Assembly: GCF_040938485.1 (NCBI RefSeq)
Contig: NW_027271411.1
Span: 496,001-560,000 of the forward strand
Source: Diadema antillarum
Lineage: Eukaryota
Reading direction: 5' to 3'
Length of the DNA stretch: 64,000 nt
This document shows, in pieces, positions 48,401 through 60,526 of this stretch. The position numbers were made by a program, and so were the translations under genes. The notes under the pieces were generated by a model. The model was given only the letters and a program-made list of their open reading frames with translations, did not search any database and was not told the DNA's origin. The first letter of the stretch is position 1; each line of letters begins with the position of its first letter.

Positions 48401-49381
48401 TGATGCAGAGAAGATAGCATGCATTTTACACAAGATGCATGAAACAATAATCAATTTATAGTGTGTTTAAATGTTGGATTATACAAACTTCTCAGATAAG
48501 GCAAGATTCAAACTGGCCAAATTTGCTCAAAAAAATTAAACAAAAAACACTGACATTGATAAGTGAGGTAAAGAAATGTTCGAGAGTCATTGAAGACTTG
48601 CACCAACAGGTTCCATCAAGAGTTTTCAATAAACAGGAGCATACCGTGTATAATGACCTGCATCAACAAAAAAGGAAAAGTGGGTAAAAGAAAAAGCGGA
48701 AACTCTTCCGAGATTAATCCTTGCACTGGACCAATTTCAGAAAGAATTTTTTTTTTTTAAATCATTGATGAGAAATTTCTGCAAAATTCAATGTCCAAAA
48801 CTATTTGCTTGCTATCCTATTGGTAATGCTTTAGTTGAGCAGAGTAATTTGTAATGCTTTTCTATTGCAAGATATTTCATGTTTGAATTTATTAGTAAAT
48901 ACTGTAAATATAATACAGTAAATATTTTAGAATGGTCAACTAAAGAGAAAATAAATGTTTTTAAGATCCATTGTACAGCAATCTATTTTGTGCTCAGGAT
49001 CATTAATTATATTCTCAGTAGTAAGATGAAATGCTGGAATCATTTCATATTTGCTAAACATCTTTCTGCTCTGTTAGATTTGTTATTAAGTCCTCAAGAA
49101 ACCTCAGGCAACAATACCAAGTTGATATTTTTTTTTACATAGTACAGCCACATCTGAGCTTTTGACAAATAACATCTGTAAAGCTGACAGAGAAAAAATA
49201 GAAGCATGAAGTGTACATCACCAACCAGAAGAGTTTATAATAGCATTAATTCTAAGCACACATACTAAATGGACACACACAATCCAATGGATGCTCTCTT
49301 TCATATTTGAGCACATTTGTGTTTGTGTCTAGTGCAGTTGATCATAACAGTTGTTTTGACAACACCATAATCTCGCACCAA

Positions 49382-50692
49382 TCATGTGGGCTTTTGATCC
49401 ACTGCCTTTTCCTTCTCTCTATCCTCTCTGCGCTTTTTTAACTTGAATTTCAGTAGAATCAGTTCGTGCTTCTCTTTGGAGAGAATGAAAGAATTAAGTT
49501 TTGGCTCATAGCCGACGGCTGTAAGCTCTTTGTGCCGTTTCTTTATCAAATCAATACTCCTTGCAAATATCCTGGGTGTCCGGATGATGTCCTCTACTGT
49601 GAAACCGAGTTCAAGGACAAGGTCAATGTGGCTCTGTATCGTCTCCACGCTGGCATGAAGCAGCTGTGGATGCCTGCGGACAAGGTCCTTCAATTTCTCA
49701 TTGCTCAGCACCAGCCGCTTCTGGAGGTACTCACATCGCGACTGCAAGAATTCGGTCCCGATCCGGATGGAACTCGGGCAGTATCGAATGACCGAGATCA
49801 GGTCCTCTCCCGAAAAGCCAAACTTCCTCAAAAATTTGACGTTGGTCTCCAGTTCTGAGACCTGGCGTACAAACAGAGTCGGGTCATTGCGCATGACGTA
49901 TCGGATGACCCTATTCTGATCCCCAACAAACTTCTCTTCCGTCATGACCTGTTTAAGATAAGAGGCTACACGCTCCACGCCATTCTGTACTCGATAAAAC
50001 AAGGATGGGGTGTATACTAAGGTGTAGCATATGTTCTTGTCAGTAACTTCCAGGTACTTCATGTATTCTATGTTGCCAATGACTGTCTCTGGTGTGCTGT
50101 AGAAGCGAGGCGCTCGCTGGAAGATGTTTGCAAGCTGTTCCACCCTGAGTCCAACAGTCACCAGGTAATCCACCAGTTCCTGGACCAACTTGACATCCTT
50201 CCTCAGAAACGATGCATCCTTGTAGATGATATTGATAATATCTGGATCATCCAGACCTAGCCCCCTGAGAAGGTCTACATGCTGTTTGAGACTATACGCA
50301 TCCTGCTTGAGCACCGTGGGCCGTAGTTTCTGGAGTTTGTCACAATCAATACCGAGACTAGCTAGAAAATCCATGCTCTTCTTATTTGGCACAATGCGTT
50401 TGCGGCTAACGGCTTCACTGGAACACCTTCTTCCATTCCAGTCATTGTTAATGTCACATCCAATAACCAAAGGTTTAGGAAAAATTGTGGCAGCTGTTGT
50501 TGATTCATCTCGACCAATTCTTGTATGATGGACGACTGATCTGACTTCATTCCAGAGAGGTCTTGTAGGACTGGGATAGCTGCTTGGCACTGAGACTGCT
50601 CTAATGTACATTGAGCTGCTCTGGGAACTTCTCAGAAGTGCTGAGGAGAAATGCCTCGTTAGCAACGAGGTAGTAATGCAGAACTTCATCAT
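49382..50692 (-). CDS. Mitochondrial transcription termination factor (mTERF) family protein, 436 aa, mtDBP/mTERF1-like
   Basis: Single coding exon after the acceptor at 50707-50708. Ser/Arg-rich N-terminal targeting-like peptide, then repeated mTERF motifs (LRGLGL..I..II..DASFL, LRKFGFS..LI..I..CPS.I, LV..HPQLL, LGFT.EDIIRTPRIF) and a basic C-terminus. Probable 5' UTR exon with donor at ~51785. Confidence 0.85.
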   Translation of the reverse strand: MMKFCITTSLLTRHFSSALLRSSQSSSMYIRAVSVPSSYPSPTRPLWNEVRSVVHHTRIGRDESTTAATIFPKPLVIGCDINNDWNGRRCSSEAVSRKRIVPNKKSMDFLASLGIDCDKLQKLRPTVLKQDAYSLKQHVDLLRGLGLDDPDIINIIYKDASFLRKDVKLVQELVDYLVTVGLRVEQLANIFQRAPRFYSTPETVIGNIEYMKYLEVTDKNICYTLVYTPSLFYRVQNGVERVASYLKQVMTEEKFVGDQNRVIRYVMRNDPTLFVRQVSELETNVKFLRKFGFSGEDLISVIRYCPSSIRIGTEFLQSRCEYLQKRLVLSNEKLKDLVRRHPQLLHASVETIQSHIDLVLELGFTVEDIIRTPRIFARSIDLIKKRHKELTAVGYEPKLNSFILSKEKHELILLKFKLKKRREDREKEKAVDQKPT

Positions 50693-51035
50693 GAATTTGC
50701 TGTTACCTGGCAAGGAAAGAAACAAAACAGAACATTTTAGTGATATTTCTTATAACTTCTACCTCTAGTTTTAAAGTCGCAGTGGGTAGGAATGACATCA
50801 CAAAAGGAATTAAGATTTTTCTTCACTATCAAATTCATTTTACACCCTCACCATATCCGAACACTGATATTAATAAATTTAAAATTTACACAAATTATCT
50901 GTTTGCTAAAAAAAAAAAAAAATCAAAACATCACAAAGTTAGCTTTAAGATTGTCAGCTTGATGAAAAGTTGGGCCTTTAGTATACTTTTAAAGCAAACC
51001 AATCTCCTGGTTACATTATACATACTATACACTTT

Positions 51036-51480
51036 GGGTGCATTTGAGTGCTCTACAGCAAACCAAATCAAACTGAACCAAAGCGTACCGTACCATACTG
51101 TGCCAGATTTGGAGCATTCAAGCGCTCTGTTGAGAAAGCGTACCTCACGTTATTTTTGGAAAAGGTCACACATTTTTGTAGCAAGAATGTCATTCACCCG
51201 AAGCTTGAACTACTTACAGCTGTCCTGAACAAAGAGAATGACGTCTTTGCATTGTGACGTATGCGCATGATACGCACATACATTACAGCGAACTTTTGGT
51301 ACACTTTGGGTAATTTATGTTTTTGTTTTTGTTTTTTGAGCCAATCGGGAAGTGGTCCACTTTTTGGCTCGGTACAGGGACAGTACGGTACGGCATGTAC
51401 ACTTTAGGAGCAATCGAGCGCTCCTCTGGCGCGGGTATGGTACGGTACGGTTCGCTTTAGGAGAGCGCTCGAATGCACCT
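51036..51480. mobile_element. Harbinger-like MITE in the mTERF 5' UTR intron
   Basis: TIR GGGTGCATTTGAGTGCTCT / AGAGCGCTCGAATGCACCT; internal CGTACC repeats. Confidence 0.6.
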
Positions 51481-52154
51481 ATTATAGATCCTCCCTGTAC
51501 ATAATTTTTTTGTTTTTGTTTTTGTTTTGTAGATGCCCACTGTCACTGACAGCACACACAACACAAACGTCAAACACACATCGCCCAATAAGAACGATAG
51601 CAACATGAATACACATAAATGGGACTATTGTATACCGTTGCCAGTTTTCGTCACGATACGTTCGCCGTAAATAATTATGAAGATTTTCTTGGAAACATGG
51701 ACCTACGGCACGATAATTGGTACGTTACCAGTATGGGTATTGGTAGGATCATTACTGTGCGTGTCTTTACACTATCAATACTTACGAACTTGAGTTGAGG
51801 TTAATTCTGGTGAAAGGGACACCTGCGACCGCGACCGTAAAACACGGGAATTCCCAAAATTGAACGCAGTGCAAAAGCGCCCTCATGAAGCCGGACCTAG
51901 TACAGGATGTACCTAGCTACGAAAAACGAACCTACTCGCGTCGTGAGTTTCACTTGATAGAATGAGAGGGAATTTCGATTGCCATACGAATTTTTATAGA
52001 AGCGGAAAAATTGAATGATCCATTAAAAAATTATTAATGTTCAAAGTTTCGGTACCACCATCGCTGGATGAGAAAATTATTACAGTTTATGACATTATTC
52101 AAAGAAAATATTAGAAATTTGGTTTGGTGGAATAATCAATACATGAAGGACTCC

Positions 52155-52462
52155 CAGTGGCGGATCCAGGGGGAGCGCACCGGGCGCGCGCCCCCCTTTA
52201 TTTTTTGTTAAAACAACAGAAATAAAAAGAAATAAGAAATTGGGGGGAGGGGTGCGTACGCCCCGGTCCCTTTAATTTTGTATAGGCGCCACCTCTTTAC
52301 GAAATCAAAAGTGGGGAGGGGGGGGGGGCACTTCCGGGTTTCATGAGCTAACAGGGTGGAAGGGCCAAAGTGGTGACACCTTATGTATTTCCTTTGTACG
52401 GTGCAACAAATATATTCGGGGGGGGGGGGAGCGCCCCCCCCTTCCCGGTTCCGCCGGCCCTG
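52155..52462. mobile_element. Composite of two GC-rich CAG-terminus MITE halves
   Basis: Left end CAGTGGCGGATCCAGG belongs to the 24897 family; right end CCGGTTCCGCCGGCCCTG comes from a different family. Confidence 0.45.
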
Positions 52463-53744
52463 TTCATGTATTCCACCAAAGTTAAACTTGATCGTTGAAT
52501 TGCAATCATAAAGGTGCAGAAAACCCAAGGGAGTCTAAGGGATTTATTATAGCTGCATGGCTGGCTGCATGGGGAGGGTGTCGAAGGGGTGTTACTTATG
52601 CACAATTAAAATGAAATATGAAACACAATATGCTCCTAACTACATGTAGCTAGATGTACCTCGTAAAGACATGGAATGTGTGAAAATGTCAAACCCAAAA
52701 GTGTACTAAATCTTTGGAGAGGAACCAAGCGGGGAAAGGGTAGATTTAAGGAGATATCCCCTCCCGCACTCTTGATAAAGTAGTTCGGAAATATATCAAT
52801 ATTAATGTGAATTAAATAAGTCTATATTATACAAAAGACCTGTACAACAGAACGAGGGAGGTTTTGCATTTTCAGATTTGAAAATCACCGATCTGAGATG
52901 CACATACATGTATTAGTTGGGGGAGTCTGAAGGTTCCCATGGGGTCAACTGATATACACGAACCTTAGGACCTTAACCATGGGTCCCAAAATGCAGACAA
53001 GAGTAAACCGCAGACATCACATGGCCTTAATCCATATAAAATTATGTTAAGGCCTATCTGTGTTGTCCAGAAAAGATTATCTTCCATTGATATCTGTTTT
53101 ATTTCTTTTTAGAAAACGTCGTGAATCGCAATATTATTCACCTCTTTTCCAAAGTATAGATTGCGTTTAATCATAGTGATCAAGGCTGAGCTCATTATAA
53201 GTTTTTGCTTTCGCTGACCCCATTCAGGTGCCTCTTTTGTGTAGAACAAAAGAGTTGGTGAGCCCATCAGGGCACGTTCTATTCATACATCGCCCCGATC
53301 GATATTTTCATTGTTCGATGGCATATGTATAGTTGACCGTGGAAAGGGAATATGGCCGCGGCTTGACTGCTTTCTCACACTGTGTGAATTACCAACCCGT
53401 CTTGGGCTCTGTCGACAATATCTCGTTTGGGGGCATTGAAGGCTCTCGGTGAATAGCACGAGGAACGGGATTGATTAGAAATGATGATAATGATTTGTTA
53501 GATAGTTTGCATTTATATAGTATGTCTAAAGTTCAGTCTCTTGGGCACTGACTTTGAGCATATTAATTTTTTCTTAACAATGCAACAATGTAAGAAGACA
53601 CAGGGGAGAAGGAAAACTTCTTGTCATGCTTGTTGATGCCGAGGATCCTAACGACAAATATATTTGGGTGTCATCCGCATAAAGCATATAGAGCTCAATC
53701 CATGCGCTTCTATAATTCTGGAGATATATAGGCACACGGTACAA

Positions 53745-54000
53745 TTACTCTCTAAAAAAAATCGAGTGAAAATATTCACTCTTAAAAGAGTGAATACAAA
53801 AAAGAGTGAATTTCGAGTGAAATTGGAGTGAATTTTGAGTGAAAATGTTCATTTTCACTCATTTTGGAGTGACGTCAGGGATCACTCCAAAATCTTCGAG
53901 TGATCCTGAAGTCACTCCAAAATGAGTGAAAATGTTCATTTTCACTCATTTTGGAGTAACGTCAGGGATCACTCCAAAATCTTCGAGTGATCCCTGACGT
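53745..54000. repeat. GAGTGA/TCACTC-rich array with a ~75-bp tandem duplication (truncated TIR element end)
   Basis: Unit GAGTGAAAATGTTCATTTTCACTCATTTTGGAGT.ACGTCAGGGATCACTCCAAAATCTTCGAGTGATCC occurs twice. Confidence 0.7.
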
Positions 54001-55927
54001 ATTATGGACATAAAGTGATTTCCATTGTCCCACGGAATTCCTCATGACATTCCATTATATAACAATAATAACAATAACTATAACATCAACTAGCAACAAG
54101 TATTAACAACAGTAACAAAAATAAATTAATGAAAAACGCAAAAGTACATATGTCCCGTTTGTCATGGGAAGATGAACTAATCTACAAATTCCTAGATATC
54201 AAAAGTATAAATCGATGTGCACAAAATATATTACATCATACATATACCGGTAATAAAAAAATCTCTTGAATTTGAGGCAATGAAGGTGGATAGATTTTCA
54301 AAATAATACCTTTTAACTAACAATTTCCTCTTTTCTTCATAGACATTCGAGTATATGATAATGAAATTCATCTCCTACAAAATTTTTCTTGCATTTTTCA
54401 CAAGTTCTCAGTTCTTGAAAGGGATATGTTCAGATGCGAGCTCATGCTCCGTGAGCTTCGCTGATTCCCTCACATGAACGACGGAAGTGACGAATATGGA
54501 TATCAGCAAATCAACGCTGGGCAGCTGTTCAACACTGCGCCTGCGTAGATTTATGTAGCTTCCCCCTTCCCTTCGGCCGTTGCGTTAGCAAAATAGAGTG
54601 AGCGAAATTTGTGGGAGTAGCAGCGATCTCCGTAAGTATTTGCCATAGAAAAATAAAAAGGCGTCTGCTAGGCTGCCTGATAATCCAGAAATAATAATCT
54701 GGACTATTTCTGTTCGTTTGATTTTGGTTATAAAGTAATGCCTTTCATCGTATGAGTACAGACCGACCGTAGCTAGTAGTAATGAGTAAGCCTTCGAATG
54801 ACCGTGTCTTTACACGTTGTACACACGATGCAAAACTGCCTTGTTGAGCCTGCCTGCCTACCTCCCCTTCGGATATGGATGGCGGAACGCTCATAAGAGT
54901 GCAGCAGCGTAGCTTACTGTTGCATGCCGAGCCGAAATATGTGTTTTACGTTTACGTTGGGCTTCGAAAAACCGTGTATCATAGAGTAGACTTCGTAAAG
55001 GAAACGGCTGTCCACTGATATATTGCTGTGTGCAAGCTAGTTCGCAGTCGATTAGAGATTGCGGAATATGGGTAAATATCCATAAAGTTTATTCACATGT
55101 TCACGTTAAAGTTTACCTGACCTTCACCTAAGTTTGGTCAACAAACGATGCTGCGTGCCGACGCCACACAGCCGTTAATTTGCAATGTTGTGTGTGTTAT
55201 AGTATAGGACAGGGCCCAGCTCCAGGATTACCCAGAAATGTGTAGTGTTTGCACTGTAAAGTGTTGTCTATGCTGAACTGCTATATATTGGTGAAATTTT
55301 GATGGCATGTTCACGAGTCTTGAGAACATCACTTCCATTCAGAGCGTCACTGATTTAGTTGCAAAAGCCCAAAACCCAATGAAACACATTGCTGTTGACT
55401 TTTTAGAATTTTAGAATTGTTCATTGTTGGTTCTAACGTTGGACTCTATCTCAAGATCTGCAGTCTGATTCTCTGGTTGGCAGTATAAAATTCTATCTGG
55501 TTTATATTTCTGGTCCTACTTCTAACGTTAGGTTTCATCAGCTAACAAGGAAAAAAGAAAAAAGGCCCTCAGAGGCTCAGTGCATCTTTCTACTAACTAC
55601 CACTTACTTCTGGGTTTCTTCAGCTGAAAAGCAAAAAAAAAAGAAGAAAAAAAAATGATAATAGATGTAATTTTCATAATATGAAAAATAAAAAATACTA
55701 AAAATAGAAATACCCCCCCCCCAAAAAAAAACAAAAACAAAAACAAAACAAAGAAAGGCCTTAGGCCTATACCCGCACAGATGCTGTCTGTTTTGTTGTT
55801 GTTTGTTTTCCTTTCTTTTTTTTTTTGGGGGGGGGGGTGCCATTTCTGGGGTGATTTTATTTTATGTCCTTTTTTGTATTTTCTATTTTTTTATTCTATT
55901 TAATTTTATTTTATTTATATATTTTAT

Positions 55928-56062
55928 NNNNNNNNNNNNNNNNNNNNNNNNNNNNNNNNNNNNNNNNNNNNNNNNNNNNNNNNNNNNNNNNNNNNNNNNN
56001 NNNNNNNNNNNNNNNNNNNNNNNNNNNNNNNNNNNNNNNNNNNNNNNNNNNNNNNNNNNNNN
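55928..56062. other. Assembly gap (135 N)
   Basis: Direct reading. Confidence 0.99.
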
Positions 56063-56382
56063 GACCATATTTGTTTCAATGTATTATCCTAAAGAAGTGT
56101 GTGTGTGTGGAGGAGGGGGGGGGGGGGGGGAGGGCAAGCCCCCGCCCCATTCCGCCAGCCCAGCAGAATGTATTAAAATCTCTTCTTCATTGACCAATAT
56201 TGTAATGACCCTTAATAATTCACAAACTGCTGTTGTTGACGCTATGGTATGCATATTTTTTTTTTTGTTGTTCAATTTGCCATCAATTAGACATAAAGTG
56301 TATTCCACACCTTGCAAGTAAGGCCAGGGGTTGCAGGACTTGTGGGGGTGCTGCAGCTATCATGGGCCTACTGTAGTGTAGG

Positions 56383-56828
56383 CAGGGCTCGACACTAACG
56401 GTGGCCCGGTGGCCCGGGGCCACCAAAAATGAAAGTCGGGCCACCAAATTTCAAAAAAGGGCAAATTTGGTGGCCCGCCTCGGGCCACCAAAATTTTTTG
56501 AAAAGTATGTCAATAAATTCGTAACTTTTTGCGCCGGAAATTAGCAGTTAAATTTGTTCAAAGGATGGATGAAAAGGACTGAATGAATGCCTGAGAGTGA
56601 GTGTTGCAAGTTTGTTGAAGTTTATTTATGAGTAGATATGTCCGACTTCTAATTCTTACTATCATAAATCTTAAATATTTGACTCATTAAAAAAAAGGAC
56701 TTTACATGTTTTTTATTGGGTTTTTTTTCGGGACACCAAATTTTTCTCTAGGGCCACCAAAAATTTGAAATTTAGGATTTTGGTGGCCCCATCGGGCCAC
56801 CAAACAAAAAAGTTAGTGTCGAGCCATG
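56383..56828. mobile_element. P/hAT-like MITE with 7-bp TSD
   Basis: TIR CAGGGCTCGACACTAAC / GTTAGTGTCGAGCCATG, subterminal GGTGGCCC repeats, GTGTAGG on both flanks. Confidence 0.75.
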
Positions 56829-57926
56829 GTGTAGGAATAGGAATGTTTCCTTGACCACAATACCCTCTCTGAGCTGTAAAATCTGCAGTATTGTCATTAT
56901 GTGTTGCTTGTAAACTTTGTTGAAATTGATGTACACAGGCGCTTTTAGTTCTCTACTGCATAGCAAACATTTTGCATGTTTGAAAGGCCTTTTTTAGCTT
57001 ACCTGAGCCGTAGGCTCATTAACATGTACATCCATTGTGCATCATGCGTATAGCCTTTTTACCTTTTTATTCATTTTTTTTTCCTTTAGAACCCAATGGT
57101 GGTTTTTTGTTCAACTTGGCAGATAGCATCCCTAGGGGAATGGGGTCTCAATTTATTCAATTGGGCAGCATGCCCCTCCCCACCCCTTCCCCCCCCCCAA
57201 AAAAAAAAGTACAAACAGACAAACAAAGGAATCTTGGAACCAGAAGCAGAGGCCTTTTGGTCCTGTGGGGGGTTCAAATTGAGGCCAAAATTTGAAATTT
57301 TCATCTTGAAAATGCATATTTTCATCAAATTTGGCAGGTGTTATAGCTATGGTTATCGATAATTTGTTAAAATGGGCACCATTGCCCACCTGGGGCCCTC
57401 TGGAGCACAAAGGGTGGGGGAAAGACAGACAAAGCCAAAAGTACCGTAACAATTCTTTACAAAGCTAATCTTGTCCTATGAATATTAAGTGAGATTGGTG
57501 ACTGTGATTTCAGGTTTGTCAAAGAATCTTCGTAAATCATCTTCTCACAAACTGTACGGTAAGTGATAAGCTAAGTTTGTGCTATCTATGTAAGATTGAT
57601 GACCATAGTTTCAAGTTTGTTTTTGGCAGATCTGGGGATGGGGGGGGGGGCAAATTGGGGCTGATTCTACATTTTCATCTTCTTCTTGAGAATGCATGTT
57701 TTTACACAGATTTTTATCAAACTTGAAAGTTGTTATCGCTGGAGTGTAGAAACAATGCCCAAGGGGGGGGGGGGGGGTGGAGACAAAGCCCCCCAAATTT
57801 TTACAAATAATCTTTACAAATATTCTTAAAACCAGAAGTTTACTAAAGCTAAGTTAGCACTATATGAGTAAGTTGATTAGTGCAGTTTCTGATCATGGTA
57901 CTTCCAGCATTGAGCTTTGCGTGCGT

Positions 57927-57957
<31 letters not shown>

Positions 57958-58390
57958 GGGAATGACCAAATTTGGGCCAAATTATCACATTTTTTTCTTC
58001 TTGGAAACACATGGTCAAATTTGTCACTCAAACTTGGCAGGCATAATCACTAGGGTGACAATGTAGGCCTATACATTGTACAAGGACCCCAGAACCCCCT
58101 AGCTGAGAATCTGACAAATTAAAAGAAAAAAAAAATGTTGTTTAAAACCAGAATTTACACAAAGTAAATACATTAGTTAACTTTACTTTCAAGGTTATTT
58201 ATGGAAGATCCAAATTGTTTTCTAGATTTTCCACTTCTTTTTCAGACTTTATCACGTCCAGGTGTATGTAACATAATTTTTCAACAGTAGCGTTTATATT
58301 TTCAAAATGTTTTTTTAAGCTGATAAAATTTTATGAAAAAAGAATTGTTTTTGTTTACTCTTCCAGCCAAGCCCTGTACCAATCCAGCAG

Positions 58391-59737
58391 ATGATGATCA
58401 TGGAGGAGGAACAGTGGACGAACCTGAAGAAGCACCTGGCTGTGTACACGGTGGAAGTCTACTGCTGCAAGCTGTGCAATGACTACTCCTCCACTCACAA
58501 GAGCCTAATGGCCACCCACCTGCACACAGTGCATCCAGACGACTTAACAGAGTCACCGCCAGAGTCCAAGGTGGAAGCCACATTGCCCACAGCAACGGAG
58601 GGAGACGCCCAGGTTGTGAATGCAGACGATATTGTGGACAGTGATCTCAAAGAAGACGGAAGCTCAGATTTCGCGCTGGCCCGACAGGTTGCGGAGAACG
58701 AACAAATCGAAAAGACCATCCTGCAGATTTTGCAAACGAACAGCGACATCAGTGTGCAGGCAGCCGGCCAAGATGGCAAGGCCCAGCAGAGGGAGGACAA
58801 GGAGAACAAGCGCTCAAAGAAGAGTAAGAAGAAGAAGAAAGGAAAGAAGCAAGAGCAAGGAGTACCCAAGAGGAAGAACAGGAAAACATGCAAACTGTGC
58901 GATTTCTCCACCAAAGAATCTGATGAGTTCCGGGCCCACTTGGAGAAACACTATTCGGACCCAAGCAGTCGCACCTGTCAATTGTGTGTTAGAGTGTTCA
59001 AAACATACAAGGAACTCATGAAGCACACGAGACGCGGTTGCCCGCCTGGTCGGCAGGTGTACAAGTGTGACGAGTGCGGGAAAACATGCAATGACAAACG
59101 AGCTATCATGGAGCACATGGTCGTTCACTCGGAGGACAGGCCCTACGCTTGCCGCGTCTGCGGGAAAACGTACAAGACGAAGAAGATCCTTCGACGGCAC
59201 GAGGGCATCCACGCCATGGAGCGAGACACGTACCAATGCCCTGAGTGTGCGTTCAAGACGCACTGGAAGACGAACATCAAGCGGCACATCCTGGAGGTCC
59301 ACAAGAAGGACACACGCCCCCTTTTCTCCTGCACACATTGCCCCTTCACCACCCCCAACAAGCGGTACATCGAAAAGCATAAATTCGGCCACTGGAAGGA
59401 CTGCCCCTACATGTGTGAGACGTGTGGGAAAATGTTCAAGGTAGAGCAGGAAATGGAGGCCCACAAGCAAACCCATGCCCAACCGGACATTGCCTGGCAA
59501 CTCATCCAGCTCCAGAACAGCGAACCCCAGCTGGTGGAAGAAACCATTGTCCAGTACCAACCTCACATTCAGATGCACACGCAGGAGATTCAGATCCATG
59601 ACCATGACTCCAATCTCCAGCCTGTGCAGGTTACCATAAATGAACAGGATGAGGCAACCAGCACCATTGTCTTGTCCCAGATTCCTGTGGTTCAGTACTT
59701 GGACATAGTATCAAGGGACGTTGTTGAGCAAGAGTGA
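58391..59737 (+). CDS. C2H2 zinc-finger protein, 448 aa
   Basis: One N-terminal finger (CKLC..HLHTVH), an acidic spacer, a basic NLS-like run (KRSKKSKKKKKGKK), seven tandem fingers including an SEDRPY linker, and a Gln-rich tail. Acceptor at 58365-58366; probable UTR exons end at ~54632 and ~57558. Confidence 0.92.
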   Translation: MMIMEEEQWTNLKKHLAVYTVEVYCCKLCNDYSSTHKSLMATHLHTVHPDDLTESPPESKVEATLPTATEGDAQVVNADDIVDSDLKEDGSSDFALARQVAENEQIEKTILQILQTNSDISVQAAGQDGKAQQREDKENKRSKKSKKKKKGKKQEQGVPKRKNRKTCKLCDFSTKESDEFRAHLEKHYSDPSSRTCQLCVRVFKTYKELMKHTRRGCPPGRQVYKCDECGKTCNDKRAIMEHMVVHSEDRPYACRVCGKTYKTKKILRRHEGIHAMERDTYQCPECAFKTHWKTNIKRHILEVHKKDTRPLFSCTHCPFTTPNKRYIEKHKFGHWKDCPYMCETCGKMFKVEQEMEAHKQTHAQPDIAWQLIQLQNSEPQLVEETIVQYQPHIQMHTQEIQIHDHDSNLQPVQVTINEQDEATSTIVLSQIPVVQYLDIVSRDVVEQE

Positions 59738-60441
59738 CATTGTCTTCTTGTTGCAGAAAATTTTTAAAAGGAAATGTGCCTCATGAGTTTTGTGATTTTA
59801 GAGACTCTCAGATTGAATGCATTTTTCATGATTTTCTTTTCAATATGGACAGTGATTGATTTCCCTTCAGTGTGTGTGTTTGCGTGTGTGTACAAATGAT
59901 TTGGTTCTCCCTCCAAAGACATGATTATACTTCACAAATAACCAAGGATGTGTTCAAATCAGTGACACGACATTTACTCTTGTGACATTTGTTCTGGTCT
60001 TATTTTCTTTTTTTCTGCAAGGACTTGGGGTTAGGGTTAGGGTTGTTACAGGGTTATAAGTTTTGTTTGATGTGGGGATTATGATTAGGATAACGGTTAG
60101 CATTATGTTTGTGGGTAGAGTTTATGTTTGGCTTAGCATGCAGATATTTCATGGGAGCAATTGTTTCAGGAACAATGTCATGGAACTGTTCAGTTCATGT
60201 CTTTTTTGCAGTGCCAACATACAAAATGTGTAGACCGTACCAAGGGTATGTTGAGATTGATTTTAAAGGGAACTGCTGGGTTGTGGAATACTTTTGTTTA
60301 TCTCCTTATATGCTTTAAAAGCGATGCAATGAGATATCTGTAGCATGGTCGTATGACTTTCTGTGAAGAGAAAACCAAGAATTGATTGATGGCATTTAAT
60401 TCTGCATGCAATTTTTGTTTGTTTACAGCTGGGCATCTTAA

Positions 60442-60526
60442 CCCGTTGAGGACGGTTTGATTTTGCTACAACACGCATTTCCCATAGACACCTGCCCGAG
60501 TATACTCGGGACTCGTCCTCAACGGG
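60442..60526. mobile_element. 85-bp piggyBac-type MITE
   Basis: TTAA|CCCGTTGAGGACG...CGTCCTCAACGGG|TTAA. Confidence 0.85.

Noticed and set aside
58814-59605. 263-aa antisense ORF over the zinc-finger CDS, and the many short antisense ORFs over gag-pol and mTERF
   Set aside because: Shadow frames produced by the codon bias of the sense genes; no recognisable domains.
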